Shown here: piece after piece, positions 30,749 to 40,398 of the stretch
Position numbering within the stretch: position 1 is the first letter of the stretch
Layout of the letters: the number at the start of each line of letters is the position of its first letter
Assembly: GCA_963726255.1 (NCBI GenBank)
Contig: CAVSBL010000002.1
Span: 384,001 to 448,000 of the forward strand
Direction of reading: 5' to 3'
Source of the DNA: Candidatus Bathyarchaeota archaeon
GTDB lineage: Archaea > Thermoproteota > Bathyarchaeia > 40CM-2-53-6
Length of the DNA: 64,000 nt
The notes under the pieces: model-generated
Seen by the model: the letters and a program-made list of their open reading frames with translations, nothing else
Databases searched by the model: none
What the model was told of the DNA's origin: nothing
Made by a program: the position numbers and the translations under genes

Positions 30749-32554
30749 ATGAGTGTAGAGTCAAAATCTCCAGATGTGGCGTCTTTGAAGTTCAGTGAGG
30801 TAGCCAACGTTTTCGAAAAGATAGAGGCTACCACGAAACGCTTGGAGATGACCAGCCTACTTGTGGATTTGATCAAGGAGACCCCGAAGGATGAGATTAG
30901 CAAAGTAGTCTACCTGATTCAAGGAAAGCTATACCCTGACTATGTTGGCGTCGAACTTGGCCTCGCCGAAAAGCTCCTGATCAAGGCTGCTGCAGAGGTA
31001 TCTGGCAAAACAGAGAGGTTGGTTGAGAGCGACTACAAGAAGACCGGCGACCTAGGGTTGACCGTAGAGAAGTTGCTCGAAAAGAAATCGCAAGCCTCCT
31101 TGGTCAAAAGGTCTCTAACTGTCAAGACGGTATACGAAACATTCGACAGGATCGCGAAGGCGACAGGGGCAGGTTCAGTTGAGACGAAGGTACGTCTACT
31201 GATAAGCCTCTTGAATGATGCTACGCCGCTAGAAGGGAAGTTCATCGCCAGGATGGCTGTGGGGAAGCTGAGGCTTGGCGTTGCCGATATGACCGTTCTA
31301 GATGGGCTTGCGATTGCGTACGGAGGCGACAAGGTTGCAAGGGAACCTGTCGAAAGGGCCTACAACCTTTCATCAGACCTAGGGTACGTTGCAGAAGTGA
31401 TCGTACACGAAGGCCTCGAAGGTATTAGGAAGTTCAAGATCACGGTCGGGCGTCCAATTAGGCCGATGCTCTGCGAGCGCTTACCTGCAGCCAAAGATAT
31501 TCTGGAGAAACTTGGAGGCGAGGGAGCTGCAGAATACAAGTACGACGGCCTCAGGATTCAAGCGCACCTAAGCTCGAGGCCAGTCCAACTCTTCTCACGT
31601 AGACTCGAGAACATTACTGACCAGTTCCCTGACGTCGCCAAACTACTGCAAAGTTGCATCAAGGCCAAAGAGGCGATCGTGGAGGGCGAATGTGTAGCCG
31701 TGGACACCAATACCGGTGATATGCTCCCTTTCCAAGTGATTTCTCAACGGCGCGGAAGGAGATACGAGATTCAACGAATGTCCGAAGAGATACCTGTAAC
31801 GGTCTTCCTTTTCGACACTCTCTTCCTAGACGGCCGCGACCTTACTCAGTCGCCGTACCTCGAGAGAAGAAAGGAGCTGGTGAAAATTACGAAACCGTCG
31901 GATCATGTTGTGATCGCTCAGCAATTCGTAACAAATGATCCGAAGAAGCTCGAACAACTGATGGACGAGGCAGTTGCCGCGGGATGTGAAGGCTTGGTTG
32001 TCAAAAGTATCTCGGAACAATCTACGTACCAGGCGGGGGCGCGTGGGTGGCTATGGATAAAGTACAAACGCTCGTACAAAGCCGAAGTCCAAGACACTTT
32101 TGACCTCGTCCCTGTAGGGGCATTCGCGGGAAGAGGAAGACGAGCGGGGAGCTATGGCGCACTCCTGATGGCTGCTTACAATCAGAAGAACGACGTTTTC
32201 GAAACGCTGTGCAAACTGGGCTCAGGTTTCACCGACCAAGACTTAGCTGACCTACCGAAGCTAACGGAGAAGAGTGTAATCAAACACAGGCATCCGCGTG
32301 TCAACTCGCTTATGGAGCCCGATGCGTGGTTCGAACCCTCGATTGTCTTGGAGGTGGCCGCGGACGAAATCACGTTATCCCCCCTTCACACGTGCGGCAG
32401 GGATGTGATAAGGCCGAACAGCGGCCTCGCGCTCAGATTCCCCAGGTTCACTGGTAAGTGGAGAAAAGACAAGTCGGCTGAGGACGCGACTACTTCACAA
32501 GAAGCGCTGGAAATGTACCAGAAGCAGCTCAAGAAAATAGAGAGCGAAACATAG
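30749..32554 (+). CDS. lig: ATP-dependent DNA ligase
   Basis: EYKYDGLRIQAH, EGE, EGLVVK, WIKYK, LRFPRF. Confidence 0.97.
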   Translation: MSVESKSPDVASLKFSEVANVFEKIEATTKRLEMTSLLVDLIKETPKDEISKVVYLIQGKLYPDYVGVELGLAEKLLIKAAAEVSGKTERLVESDYKKTGDLGLTVEKLLEKKSQASLVKRSLTVKTVYETFDRIAKATGAGSVETKVRLLISLLNDATPLEGKFIARMAVGKLRLGVADMTVLDGLAIAYGGDKVAREPVERAYNLSSDLGYVAEVIVHEGLEGIRKFKITVGRPIRPMLCERLPAAKDILEKLGGEGAAEYKYDGLRIQAHLSSRPVQLFSRRLENITDQFPDVAKLLQSCIKAKEAIVEGECVAVDTNTGDMLPFQVISQRRGRRYEIQRMSEEIPVTVFLFDTLFLDGRDLTQSPYLERRKELVKITKPSDHVVIAQQFVTNDPKKLEQLMDEAVAAGCEGLVVKSISEQSTYQAGARGWLWIKYKRSYKAEVQDTFDLVPVGAFAGRGRRAGSYGALLMAAYNQKNDVFETLCKLGSGFTDQDLADLPKLTEKSVIKHRHPRVNSLMEPDAWFEPSIVLEVAADEITLSPLHTCGRDVIRPNSGLALRFPRFTGKWRKDKSAEDATTSQEALEMYQKQLKKIESET

Positions 32555-32687
32555 CACGAATTCGCCAATTCCGGCTCAGAGGCTAGTTGATTGTTTGCTG
32601 GTCTATAGGTGAACGATTCGTCTGCGTTTGGGTGTCTTCATCTTCCAGAAGCCTGAGGCGTCCCTATAGTACTCTGCAGTCTCCAAT

Positions 32688-32781
32688 TGATGAGTCCTCA
32701 CGAGTACTAATTAGTATTCTTAGTATATTTAAGGCTTAGCAATGCTCATTAAGCCTATGGCGGCCTCGTGAGTACTCATCA
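32688..32781. repeat. 17-bp inverted repeat (1 mismatch) flanking a TATA box, with internal AGTACT-like units
   Basis: TGATGAGTCCTCACGAG (32688-32704) vs CTCGTGAGTACTCATCA (32765-32781). Confidence 0.8.
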
Positions 32782-32792
32782 GGCGTCAAAGG

Positions 32793-32957
32793 ATGTCCCA
32801 AAGCCTAGACATTGTGCGGCTTCAAGATTTTCGAGGGCAATATCGGATAACGATTCCCAAGGAGATGGTTGAGAAATTGAAGTGGGAAAAGGGCCAGCCC
32901 CTATTCATATCCCTTGAAGGCACAAAAATAATCGTAGAACCCGTGACTAAGCGCTAA
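32793..32957 (+). CDS. AbrB/MazE/SpoVT-family DNA-binding protein, 54 aa
   Basis: Manual translation ...GQYRITIPKEMVEKLKWEKGQPLFISLEGTKIIVEP. Confidence 0.85.
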   Translation: MSQSLDIVRLQDFRGQYRITIPKEMVEKLKWEKGQPLFISLEGTKIIVEPVTKR

Positions 32958-33020
32958 TCTACCACGACAATTTATCTTCGACCGTGACGAACTGACACTT
33001 CGGAGGAATAAGGTACGACT

Positions 33021-33827
33021 CTGTCATGTTCCTTTTGCGGCATCCACGAGAATGAACTTGTGCAAGTAACGAATGTAACCTATGCCGACGGAAGGGAAGC
33101 TCATTTTTGCTTGGGCTGTTTCGTGAGCGGGACGGTCAACGATGGCGCGATCTTACTGCTAGGCCCAGCCAAAGTTGGAAAAACGTCCTTCTGCAAAGCA
33201 TTTGCACGTGCCGCCCTTGAGGCGGGAAGGCCAGTTGTTTACCTGCCCTCGGATGAGACCGCCGGGGACTTGCGGGGAGAGATCAGCAAATCTTTCGCAA
33301 AGGGGTACGGTGAAGCGCCCGCTCTTGAGGAAGACGGTGAACTTCGAATACTTGACTGCTACAGTGCCCTCATGGGCAAGAAGCCTGAAACGAAATATGC
33401 ACTGACAAACCTCGCGAACCTCACCGACCTTAGCATCACACTGAAAGCCGCATGGGAGGGTCTAACAAAATCATGCCTGCTGGTCGACGACCTCACCTCA
33501 ATAGTCCAAGAGGCGGGGACCGACGTTACCCTGAAATTCCTGCGCCAACTGCTCGCGAAAATCAAAGGAACAGAGACGCTGGGATTGTTCTCATTGACGA
33601 CCGATATTCTTGAGCCACGCTTCCAAAATGCCCTCGTCTCGATGTACGACGGCGTTCTAGAAATGAAGATTCAGGAAGGCCCGGAGGGTTTAGAGAGATT
33701 TGTGCGAATATACTCGCTGCGCGGACAAAAACATTCGACTAAGTGGAATCGCTTCGACATAACGGATGAGGGCATCACCATGCTGCCCGAGATCCAACCA
33801 CTAGGGACCGGGGTCCCATCAGCCTAA
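33021..33827 (+). CDS. KaiC/RAD55-like RecA-fold ATPase with N-terminal C4 zinc finger
   Basis: GPAKVGKT, LLVDDL, DGVLEMK, RIYSLRGQKH; frame extends upstream to CSFC...CLGC (probable CTG start). Confidence 0.82.
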   Translation: MSCSFCGIHENELVQVTNVTYADGREAHFCLGCFVSGTVNDGAILLLGPAKVGKTSFCKAFARAALEAGRPVVYLPSDETAGDLRGEISKSFAKGYGEAPALEEDGELRILDCYSALMGKKPETKYALTNLANLTDLSITLKAAWEGLTKSCLLVDDLTSIVQEAGTDVTLKFLRQLLAKIKGTETLGLFSLTTDILEPRFQNALVSMYDGVLEMKIQEGPEGLERFVRIYSLRGQKHSTKWNRFDITDEGITMLPEIQPLGTGVPSA

Positions 33828-34280
33828 AATTCGAAGAGCCTCTAAGACCGTCTCGGGGTGCTTGTAGGATGTCGGCAGAAGCACAACAGGGAAAGTCTTG
33901 CGAATGACCCCCTGTTTGTCGATTATGAACGTTGTACGTTTCGCGAAGTAACCCCCGTAGCCTAGAACACCGTAGAGTCGTGAGATGGACCTGTCTTGGT
34001 CGCTCAGAAGGTTGAATGGAATCTTGTGGCGGGAAGCGAAGTCGGCGTGCGCTTCATCCGAGTCCACACTGATGCCCAGCAACTCTGTGTCTGCAGATCT
34101 GAATTTCTCGTAGCTATCTCTAAACGCGAAGGTTTCAGCTCGGCAACCCGGGCTGAGGTTCTTAGTGTAGAAGTAGAGTACCACGTTCTTTCCCGCAAGC
34201 CAGACAGCGTCACACTTGACCCATCATTGGCTTTTGCTGTGAAATCGGGTGCTGGTTGGCCCTCGGCTACATCTGGCGTT
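33819..34280 (-). CDS. bcp: BCP-type peroxiredoxin; frame broken at 34192-34194, start unclear
   Basis: GQPAPDFTAKANDGSSVTLS joins VVLYFY..SPGC..E..AFRD if one G is added (LRGKNVVLYFY). Confidence 0.75.
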
Positions 34281-34375
34281 CTTCGTCTAGCTTGGAAAGG
34301 ATTTGGCTCAGAAATATGTTTCGAGTGCAAGCAGGAGGGGGCCGGACATCTCTGGCAAACCAAGGTGCAGAGGTA

Positions 34376-34744
34376 TCAGGTGTTGGCCCGTATGGCTTCC
34401 AAGTTCCTGGCGAAGTCGTGAGCAATCTCAGTAAGGTCTGAGCCGGGTTGAACTGCTACCATGACCTGTTCGTTCTTGAGGGTGAAGACAAGCTGCGAAA
34501 GTGACCCTGCTTGCCCAACTAGGTAGGTGATGTCATCAAGGAGGTCGGTTACCAGGAATGAATCTGCTACCGCCATATTTGGTCTGGCGAAATCAACTTC
34601 ACTATCCTTGACTAGGTCGTCGAGCCGCTTCACTCCCGCGGGCTTTGCGGTTCGGAATATGACCACCGAACGAATCCTTGCATCAGCTCGGATCGACCGC
34701 AGAACTTCAGGCTCGATTGCTTGTTCTGTTATTGTTTGTTGCAT
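34376..34744 (-). CDS. Hypothetical protein
   Basis: MQQTITEQ... start preceded by GAGGTGA SD motif. Confidence 0.6.
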   Translation of the reverse strand: MQQTITEQAIEPEVLRSIRADARIRSVVIFRTAKPAGVKRLDDLVKDSEVDFARPNMAVADSFLVTDLLDDITYLVGQAGSLSQLVFTLKNEQVMVAVQPGSDLTEIAHDFARNLEAIRANT

Positions 34745-34749
34745 TGTTT

Positions 34750-34998
34750 TCACCTCGCAAAGGACTGCCGGCCCTGTATTTCGTTGAAGGCCCTTCGGGC
34801 CATCGTTTCTCTCTGGAATTCGTCGGAGCTCACAGTCGAAAGCCAATCTCGTTTCTGACGGAAATTCTTCCACAGCATTCCTTGAAGGCGTACGTTTAGA
34901 TTCGGAGCAAAGGATGTGATCTTCGGGCCTATCGCTGCAAGGACTCCCAGCTTGTCCAGCACGTTTGTGACGATGCTCATCCACATTACCTCCAGCAA
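34750..34998 (-). CDS. Small hypothetical protein
   Basis: Open frame ending 6 bp before the next gene; exact start uncertain. Confidence 0.5.
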   Translation of the reverse strand: MLEVMWMSIVTNVLDKLGVLAAIGPKITSFAPNLNVRLQGMLWKNFRQKRDWLSTVSSDEFQRETMARRAFNEIQGRQSFAR

Positions 34999-35143
34999 GT
35001 AATGATGTCGAACTGACGGTAGTGTCTTGTACCGTCGTGGGATGGTGAAATCGAGCCAGCGCCCGCTGAGTTAGCTGAGCCGTCTTGCGACGGCACATCC
35101 CTTATAGAGCCATAGGGGCTCAGTTAGGTCAGTTGATCATGCC

Positions 35144-35878
35144 ATGTTTGAAGTCTCGTTCAAAATGCAGCATGACTGCCCCTACACCCGTTTCACTCTG
35201 AAGAACCCCGAAGTGAGGGTCGTTCAGTGGTGTAACAACCAGATCCATGTCATGGAAGTTGACTGTCCCAACATCGAGACGTTCACGAGAATTGAGCCTG
35301 ACTTGAAAGAGCTTCTCCTCTGGAAGGGTGGCAGAGTCCTCAAGAAGAACTTCCTCGAAGGCAACCTCCAACTGATAGTGAAAACCTGCCGCTGCGGCAA
35401 GATCGTGCCAAACGTCTCAAACATAATTGAAGCGAATTCGTGCCTGCAAATGCAACCCGAAACCTACTACGGTGGGTGGGAGGAGTATAGAGTCATAGGA
35501 TTCCGCGAGAACGATTACAAGAGGATGTTCGAAGAACTCAGCCGCCTCGGCCCGCTTGAGATAGTTCAGAAGAAAGTGGTTCCGGAAAAGAGCATTCGAG
35601 AGGCTTTCGTGATATCGGTGAACAGCATTTTTTCAGAACTGACAGCCAAGCAGGTTAACTCGCTGATGGCGGCTTTGGAATACGGCTACTATCAAGTCCC
35701 GAAAAAAATGACTGCGGAAGAAATAGCTAGCAAGAACAAGGTGCCCCGCACAACCTTCGAGGAACACCTGCGCAAGGCGGAGAGCAAGATCCTACGTGCA
35801 ATGGCTCCCTATGTTAGGATGTACGCTTCCAAGCCCCAAAAGGCTCTCGAGAAACCACCGGAGGTCCCTGTCGACTAG
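35144..35878 (+). CDS. Bat-like HTH_10 transcriptional regulator
   Basis: HDCPY N-terminus; LTAKQ...ALEYGYYQVPKK...EEHLRKAESKIL. Confidence 0.9.
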   Translation: MFEVSFKMQHDCPYTRFTLKNPEVRVVQWCNNQIHVMEVDCPNIETFTRIEPDLKELLLWKGGRVLKKNFLEGNLQLIVKTCRCGKIVPNVSNIIEANSCLQMQPETYYGGWEEYRVIGFRENDYKRMFEELSRLGPLEIVQKKVVPEKSIREAFVISVNSIFSELTAKQVNSLMAALEYGYYQVPKKMTAEEIASKNKVPRTTFEEHLRKAESKILRAMAPYVRMYASKPQKALEKPPEVPVD

Positions 35879-35937
35879 CCGCATAGCCCTCTAAGCACAG
35901 TTAATACCCTCCCGCCCAATATTATCCCTCGATTTTC

Positions 35938-36372
35938 ATGTTCTCGAGGGTCCTTGTTGGCGTGGACGGTTCGCCATACGCTGAGAGAGCGTTGAGATGT
36001 GCAGTTGATTTGGCAAAGAAGTACGGCGCCAAACTGATCGTAGCACACGTCGTTCTCCGCCAATTCTACGCTGTAACACCATCAGAAGCAGGTGTTCTCG
36101 CGACCACGGTCTTCGTTAAGGAAATGGAAGCGGAGGGCAAAGAGATCATGAGCAAAGCTGAAGCCTATGCGAAAGCCCAGGGGGCGGATTACGAGTGCAA
36201 GTTGCTTCAGGGTGTGCCCGCCGAGGAAATCATCAAAGCCGCTCATTCCGAAAACGTCGACCTAATCGTGGTCGGTAGCAGGGGGCTCACTGAAGTTCGC
36301 GCGTTCCTGCTCGGTAGTGTGTCAGACAAAGTGAGCCATCACGCCAAATGCCCTACGCTAATCGTCAAATAG
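35938..36372 (+). CDS. Universal stress protein
   Basis: VLVGVDGS, DLIVVGSRG, LLGSVSDKV. Confidence 0.95.
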   Translation: MFSRVLVGVDGSPYAERALRCAVDLAKKYGAKLIVAHVVLRQFYAVTPSEAGVLATTVFVKEMEAEGKEIMSKAEAYAKAQGADYECKLLQGVPAEEIIKAAHSENVDLIVVGSRGLTEVRAFLLGSVSDKVSHHAKCPTLIVK

Positions 36373-36383
36373 GCGAAGTCACG

Positions 36384-37691
36384 TTACACCGAGATCATAA
36401 GGTACAGGTCGCCGACGTTCGTTCCCGTTGGTCCCGTAACTAAACCGTCATTAAGAGTTCGGAAGAATCGGTAGGAATCATTCCGAGCCAGGAATCTGTT
36501 CGTGTCCAGCCCCTTTCTTCTAGCCCGTAGGCTTGTCCTTCCATCCGTCAGTGCACCAGCCGCCTTACTATTACCGTCAATTCCATCAGTCCCTAGCGCG
36601 GCCACGACGGTGCCGTCGAGGCCTGCAATTCCTTCCGTGGCCCAGAGGACACTTTCCTGATTTCGACCACCTTTCCCTCCCCCGATGATCTCGACCGTTG
36701 TCTCTCCGCCCATGACGATCGCCCGAGAATACCCGTATGATTTTCCGTAGTCCTTAGTAGCCAAGTCCGCCAGCAGTCTTCCCATCTGTTTCGCTTCCAT
36801 TTCAGCTGAAGATGTTAGGATATTCGCGTGCACGCTGTTCGCTCTCAGCGCCCTTTTCGCTGCGGTGCATGCGGTTGTGCTGTCTGCGATTATGAAGTTT
36901 CGAACTCTGCTGAAGCTTGCGGTTCCCGGTTTGGGAGTTTCTGGGGCTTGACCGCGTACTCCTCGGGCCAGATGATCCTTGATTTGGCGCGGGATTTTGT
37001 TCCAAACTTTGTGCGTTTTTAGAACCTCTACGGCGTCTTGGTAAGTGGTCGGGTCCTCCGCCGTCAGCCCCGAAGCGATGTCCGGGAGGCAGTTTCCGGG
37101 AACATCTGACACGATTAAGGACAAGATAGTTGAAGCCCGACATTGTTCGACGAGTTGGCCGCCCTTCAGAGTTGAAAGGTGCCTTCGTACTGTGTTTATT
37201 TCATGAATCGTAGCCTTGCTCGTTAGCAGGCATTCTGTCAGACGTTTCTCTTCGCTCAGCCTGACCTCGGGCGGTGGCGAAGCCAACATGGCGGAAGCGC
37301 CGCCTGAAATCATGCAAAGGAGAAGTTCATCAGCCTTCATTCGCTGGACTGCTTTGAGAACTATCTTGCCAGCTCTGAGTCCCTCGCGGTCAGGTATCGG
37401 ATGGCCCGCGTTGAAGACTTGGATGCGTGGGTCATGAACTAGTGCCCGCTCGCCCCGTGGCGCTACGAGGATCCCCCGGATTTGCTGACTTCCGAGGATC
37501 TCAAAGGCGGCTCTCATCATGGGTGCGCCGGCCTTCCCGACGGCAAGCACGAGGGTCCTGCTGAATCGAGAGAGAGGAGTTGAGAAATGTGTTTTCGTTT
37601 GGAGTTGTCCGTCTTTCACCCGCAGAAATGAAAGAGTGCGCCGGTACGGGTCAATTGAATATAGTGCTTCTTCGAGTGCTTGCAGACACAA
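36384..37691 (-). CDS. Glycerate kinase (MOFRL family)
   Basis: AVGKAG, AGHPIPD, ISGGASA, GGETTV, GGRNQE, GTDGIDG, TGTNVGD. Confidence 0.93.
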   Translation of the reverse strand: MCLQALEEALYSIDPYRRTLSFLRVKDGQLQTKTHFSTPLSRFSRTLVLAVGKAGAPMMRAAFEILGSQQIRGILVAPRGERALVHDPRIQVFNAGHPIPDREGLRAGKIVLKAVQRMKADELLLCMISGGASAMLASPPPEVRLSEEKRLTECLLTSKATIHEINTVRRHLSTLKGGQLVEQCRASTILSLIVSDVPGNCLPDIASGLTAEDPTTYQDAVEVLKTHKVWNKIPRQIKDHLARGVRGQAPETPKPGTASFSRVRNFIIADSTTACTAAKRALRANSVHANILTSSAEMEAKQMGRLLADLATKDYGKSYGYSRAIVMGGETTVEIIGGGKGGRNQESVLWATEGIAGLDGTVVAALGTDGIDGNSKAAGALTDGRTSLRARRKGLDTNRFLARNDSYRFFRTLNDGLVTGPTGTNVGDLYLMISV

Positions 37692-37877
37692 CCGTCGAGC
37701 CGTACGATCTCGGGCAGACGTTCCGTTGTGAATCAGTTCGACTTTATTTCTGATGAAGTTGTTTTGCGGTTGTTTCGAGGGAAGTTCAGCCCGCCTTCAC
37801 TATCTTCGATAACTATTGTAGTTCAAAGTCGATGCCTACACGTATGCGTCGGCGAGAAATTGTTCGAGAGCCAGCTT

Positions 37878-38141
37878 CTACAGGTTGGTCGATTCGCCTT
37901 CCGAACTGCCAGAAGGCATCGGTTCATTTGAACGGGGTTGCTCAGCCGGAGTAGGTTCCACAGGTTGGGTTTCCAGCATTGGTTCCGGCATGGGTGGCTG
38001 TTCAACTGCTGGAGTTGGTGGGGGTGCTGCTTCGGCGGGCTTAGGTTTAGGAGGCATTCTCTTCTTTGGCTTGGCTTTCTTCTTCGCCGAACGCTTTGCT
38101 CTCTTTTTCATACCTTTCTTGGCCTTTCGTTTCTTAGCCAA
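37878..38141 (-). CDS. Lys/Ala-rich plus Pro/Glu-rich small protein (histone H1-like composition)
   Basis: MAKKRKAKKGMKKRAKRSAKKKAKPKKR...PAEAAPPPTP. Confidence 0.65.
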   Translation of the reverse strand: MAKKRKAKKGMKKRAKRSAKKKAKPKKRMPPKPKPAEAAPPPTPAVEQPPMPEPMLETQPVEPTPAEQPRSNEPMPSGSSEGESTNL

Positions 38142-38378
38142 ACAATGGCACCGCCCTATTGTCGAAGTTCGAATGGTAATAAGTCTTCTAGGAAATTTCC
38201 GTGCTCTAGTACATTTTCACGCTAAACGTTTCGGACTGTTAATTGAGTCGGTTTACCGGCTGGTGAAGCCGCTCACACGCTGTTCAATACTCTTTGAATC
38301 CTTGGAATTGCTCAGCACAGCTTAGCACTCTGCAAGCTTTAAGCCTCCAAAGGCCGATTTGGCCTCGAAGGCTCTATC

Positions 38379-39524
38379 GTGCGATTTTCTACGCGCGCAA
38401 TCCATGCAGGGGATGAGCTGGACAACCCGACTGGGACGGTTGTTGTTCCAATCTACCAAGTATCAACGTTCAACCAGACTCAGGCAGCCACGGGTGCTGG
38501 TTACGTGTATTCTAGGACTGGCAACCCGACGAGAACGGCTCCAGAGAAATGTCTTGCATCACTTGAAGAAGCGGAACATGGACTGGCATTTGCGTCCGGG
38601 ATGGCCGCCATAACCAACCTCCTCCTGGGCTTGCTCAGGGAAGGCGACAGCATTCTGGCCGTAGACGGTCTGTATGGAGGAACGCGGCGACTCTTCACCC
38701 GAATAATGCGAAACTTCGGTGTGGAATCCACGTACGTCGATGGAACCAATCTGAGTAATTTCGAGACCAAGCTGAGCCCTGGAACGAAGATCGTGTGGGT
38801 AGAGAGCCCGACAAACCCGCTCCTCAAGATCGTGGACATCGCGGGCGTTGCCAAGATTGCACACAGCCACAACGCGCTGCTGGTGGTGGATAACACATTC
38901 ATGAGCCCATATCTTCAGCACCCGCTCCGACTAGGGGCTGATATTGTGGTTCACAGCACGACTAAGTACCTAGGAGGACACAGTGACCTCATCGGGAGGG
39001 CCGTGGTTCTCAGCGACCCGAAGCTCTATGAGAAAGTGCAATTCGCACAGAACGCTGCAGGCGCTGTCCCTGGGCCGATGGATTGCTGGCTTGTTCTGCG
39101 AGGCATCAAAACCCTAGCTGTGAGGCTGGAACGCCACTGCAGCAATGCTCAGAAGGTCGCGGAATTCTTGGCCGCGCATACGAAGGCTTCGAAGGTCGTG
39201 TATCCTGGCTTAACCTCACATCCACAGCACGACCTAACCCGCAAACAAATGGATGGTTTTGGCGGGATGGTCAGCTTCCACTTGAAAGGTGGCACAGACG
39301 CCTGCCAGAAGCTATTGAAACATGTCAAGGTATTCACCCCGGCTGAGAGCCTAGGTGGCGTAGAATCGTTAATCGAACATCCCAGTTCAATGACGCATGC
39401 TTCAGTTCCCAAAGAGGAACGTGATAGAATCGGCGTGACAGACTCGTTGATCAGGGTATCCGTGGGTTTAGAGGACGCCGAAGATCTGATAACCGATTTA
39501 TCTACCGCCTTAGAGCACGTCTGA
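38379..39524 (+). CDS. Cystathionine gamma-synthase/lyase (Cys/Met PLP family)
   Basis: YSRTGNPT, FASGMAA, ESPTNP, VDNTF, HSTTKYLGGHSD, AESLGGVESL. Confidence 0.95.
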   Translation: MRFSTRAIHAGDELDNPTGTVVVPIYQVSTFNQTQAATGAGYVYSRTGNPTRTAPEKCLASLEEAEHGLAFASGMAAITNLLLGLLREGDSILAVDGLYGGTRRLFTRIMRNFGVESTYVDGTNLSNFETKLSPGTKIVWVESPTNPLLKIVDIAGVAKIAHSHNALLVVDNTFMSPYLQHPLRLGADIVVHSTTKYLGGHSDLIGRAVVLSDPKLYEKVQFAQNAAGAVPGPMDCWLVLRGIKTLAVRLERHCSNAQKVAEFLAAHTKASKVVYPGLTSHPQHDLTRKQMDGFGGMVSFHLKGGTDACQKLLKHVKVFTPAESLGGVESLIEHPSSMTHASVPKEERDRIGVTDSLIRVSVGLEDAEDLITDLSTALEHV

Positions 39525-39541
39525 TTGGACGAGGATAGGAC

Positions 39542-39886
39542 ATGAGCGATGATAAGAGCGTCGAGATTTCGTTTGAGGAGTTCAAGAAGATAGACGCTAG
39601 GGTAGGGATTATAACGCAGGTAGAGCGAGTTCCAAGAACTGAAAAACTCTACAGGATTCTCGTCGATCTCGGACCGCTAGGAGTCCGCCAGACCGTATCC
39701 AGCCTGGTTGGCTATTACGAGCCCGACCAGCTGAAGGGGAAGCGAGTTATCTTCCTCTACAATCTGAAGCCATCTAAATTTTCCGGCGAAGTCTCACAGG
39801 GAATGTTACTTGCGGCCGAGCAAGGCGACAAGCTAGCGTTGCTGACCACCGATAGCGAAGTACCTAACGGGTCGCGAATCACTTAG
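39542..39886 (+). CDS. Stand-alone tRNA-binding OB-fold protein (MetRS C-terminal / Trbp111 / CsaA-like)
   Basis: ISFEEFKKIDARVG, NLKP..SQGMLLAA. Confidence 0.88.
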   Translation: MSDDKSVEISFEEFKKIDARVGIITQVERVPRTEKLYRILVDLGPLGVRQTVSSLVGYYEPDQLKGKRVIFLYNLKPSKFSGEVSQGMLLAAEQGDKLALLTTDSEVPNGSRIT

Positions 39887-40020
39887 AAATCAACCGTTTC
39901 GGACGACAAAACCGGCGGCGGAACAATCAACTGCGGAAATGGTCTTCAACGTTTAAATGGAATGATGCCCATTCCCAATGTGATTCTGAATAAATCGTTT
40001 CATTTCTAGAAGGTTATTCG

Positions 40021-40398
40021 TTGCCGAGGAAAGGTCCAACAGAACAGGACGTGTTACGCATAGTCATGGAACTCGGCGACATGGGAATTCTGCAATCTGA
40101 GCTTTGGAGGAAACTAACAGCTGACAGCCGCGAAGGCTCAAGAGCTATACTCAGGCTTGAGAGGAAGGGGCTGATTGCTCGAAAGAAGGAACTTCACGAC
40201 GGCCGCTGGACCTACCGTGTTTTCGCAAAGCGTCGTTATGCTACAATTGACTCTATCCTAGACATCCCATGCGCCTTTTGCGACCTTGTCGGAAACTGCC
40301 CACAAGCCTGGATTTTGAATCCGAACAAGTGCGAGCATCTGACAAAGTGGATGCATGACATTGCGGACGCAGGTAAAGCGGTAGCCAAAAGTGCCTAG
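40021..40398 (+). CDS. Rpc34-like / TFE-beta transcription factor subunit
   Basis: wHTH (GILQSELWR...RLERKGLI) plus C-terminal PCxxC-x5-C...C Fe-S motif. Confidence 0.8.
   Translation: MPRKGPTEQDVLRIVMELGDMGILQSELWRKLTADSREGSRAILRLERKGLIARKKELHDGRWTYRVFAKRRYATIDSILDIPCAFCDLVGNCPQAWILNPNKCEHLTKWMHDIADAGKAVAKSA

Noticed and set aside
32793-33827. Type II toxin-antitoxin module
   Set aside because: No PIN, MazF or RelE gene follows the AbrB-like gene.
5136-34194. Programmed frameshifting or pseudogenisation in the cupredoxin (5136-5139), herA (17451-17452) and bcp (34192-34194) genes
   Set aside because: All three are repaired by adding one base to a short G/C run and none has a slippery heptamer. 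This pattern fits homopolymer sequencing error; read inspection would settle it.
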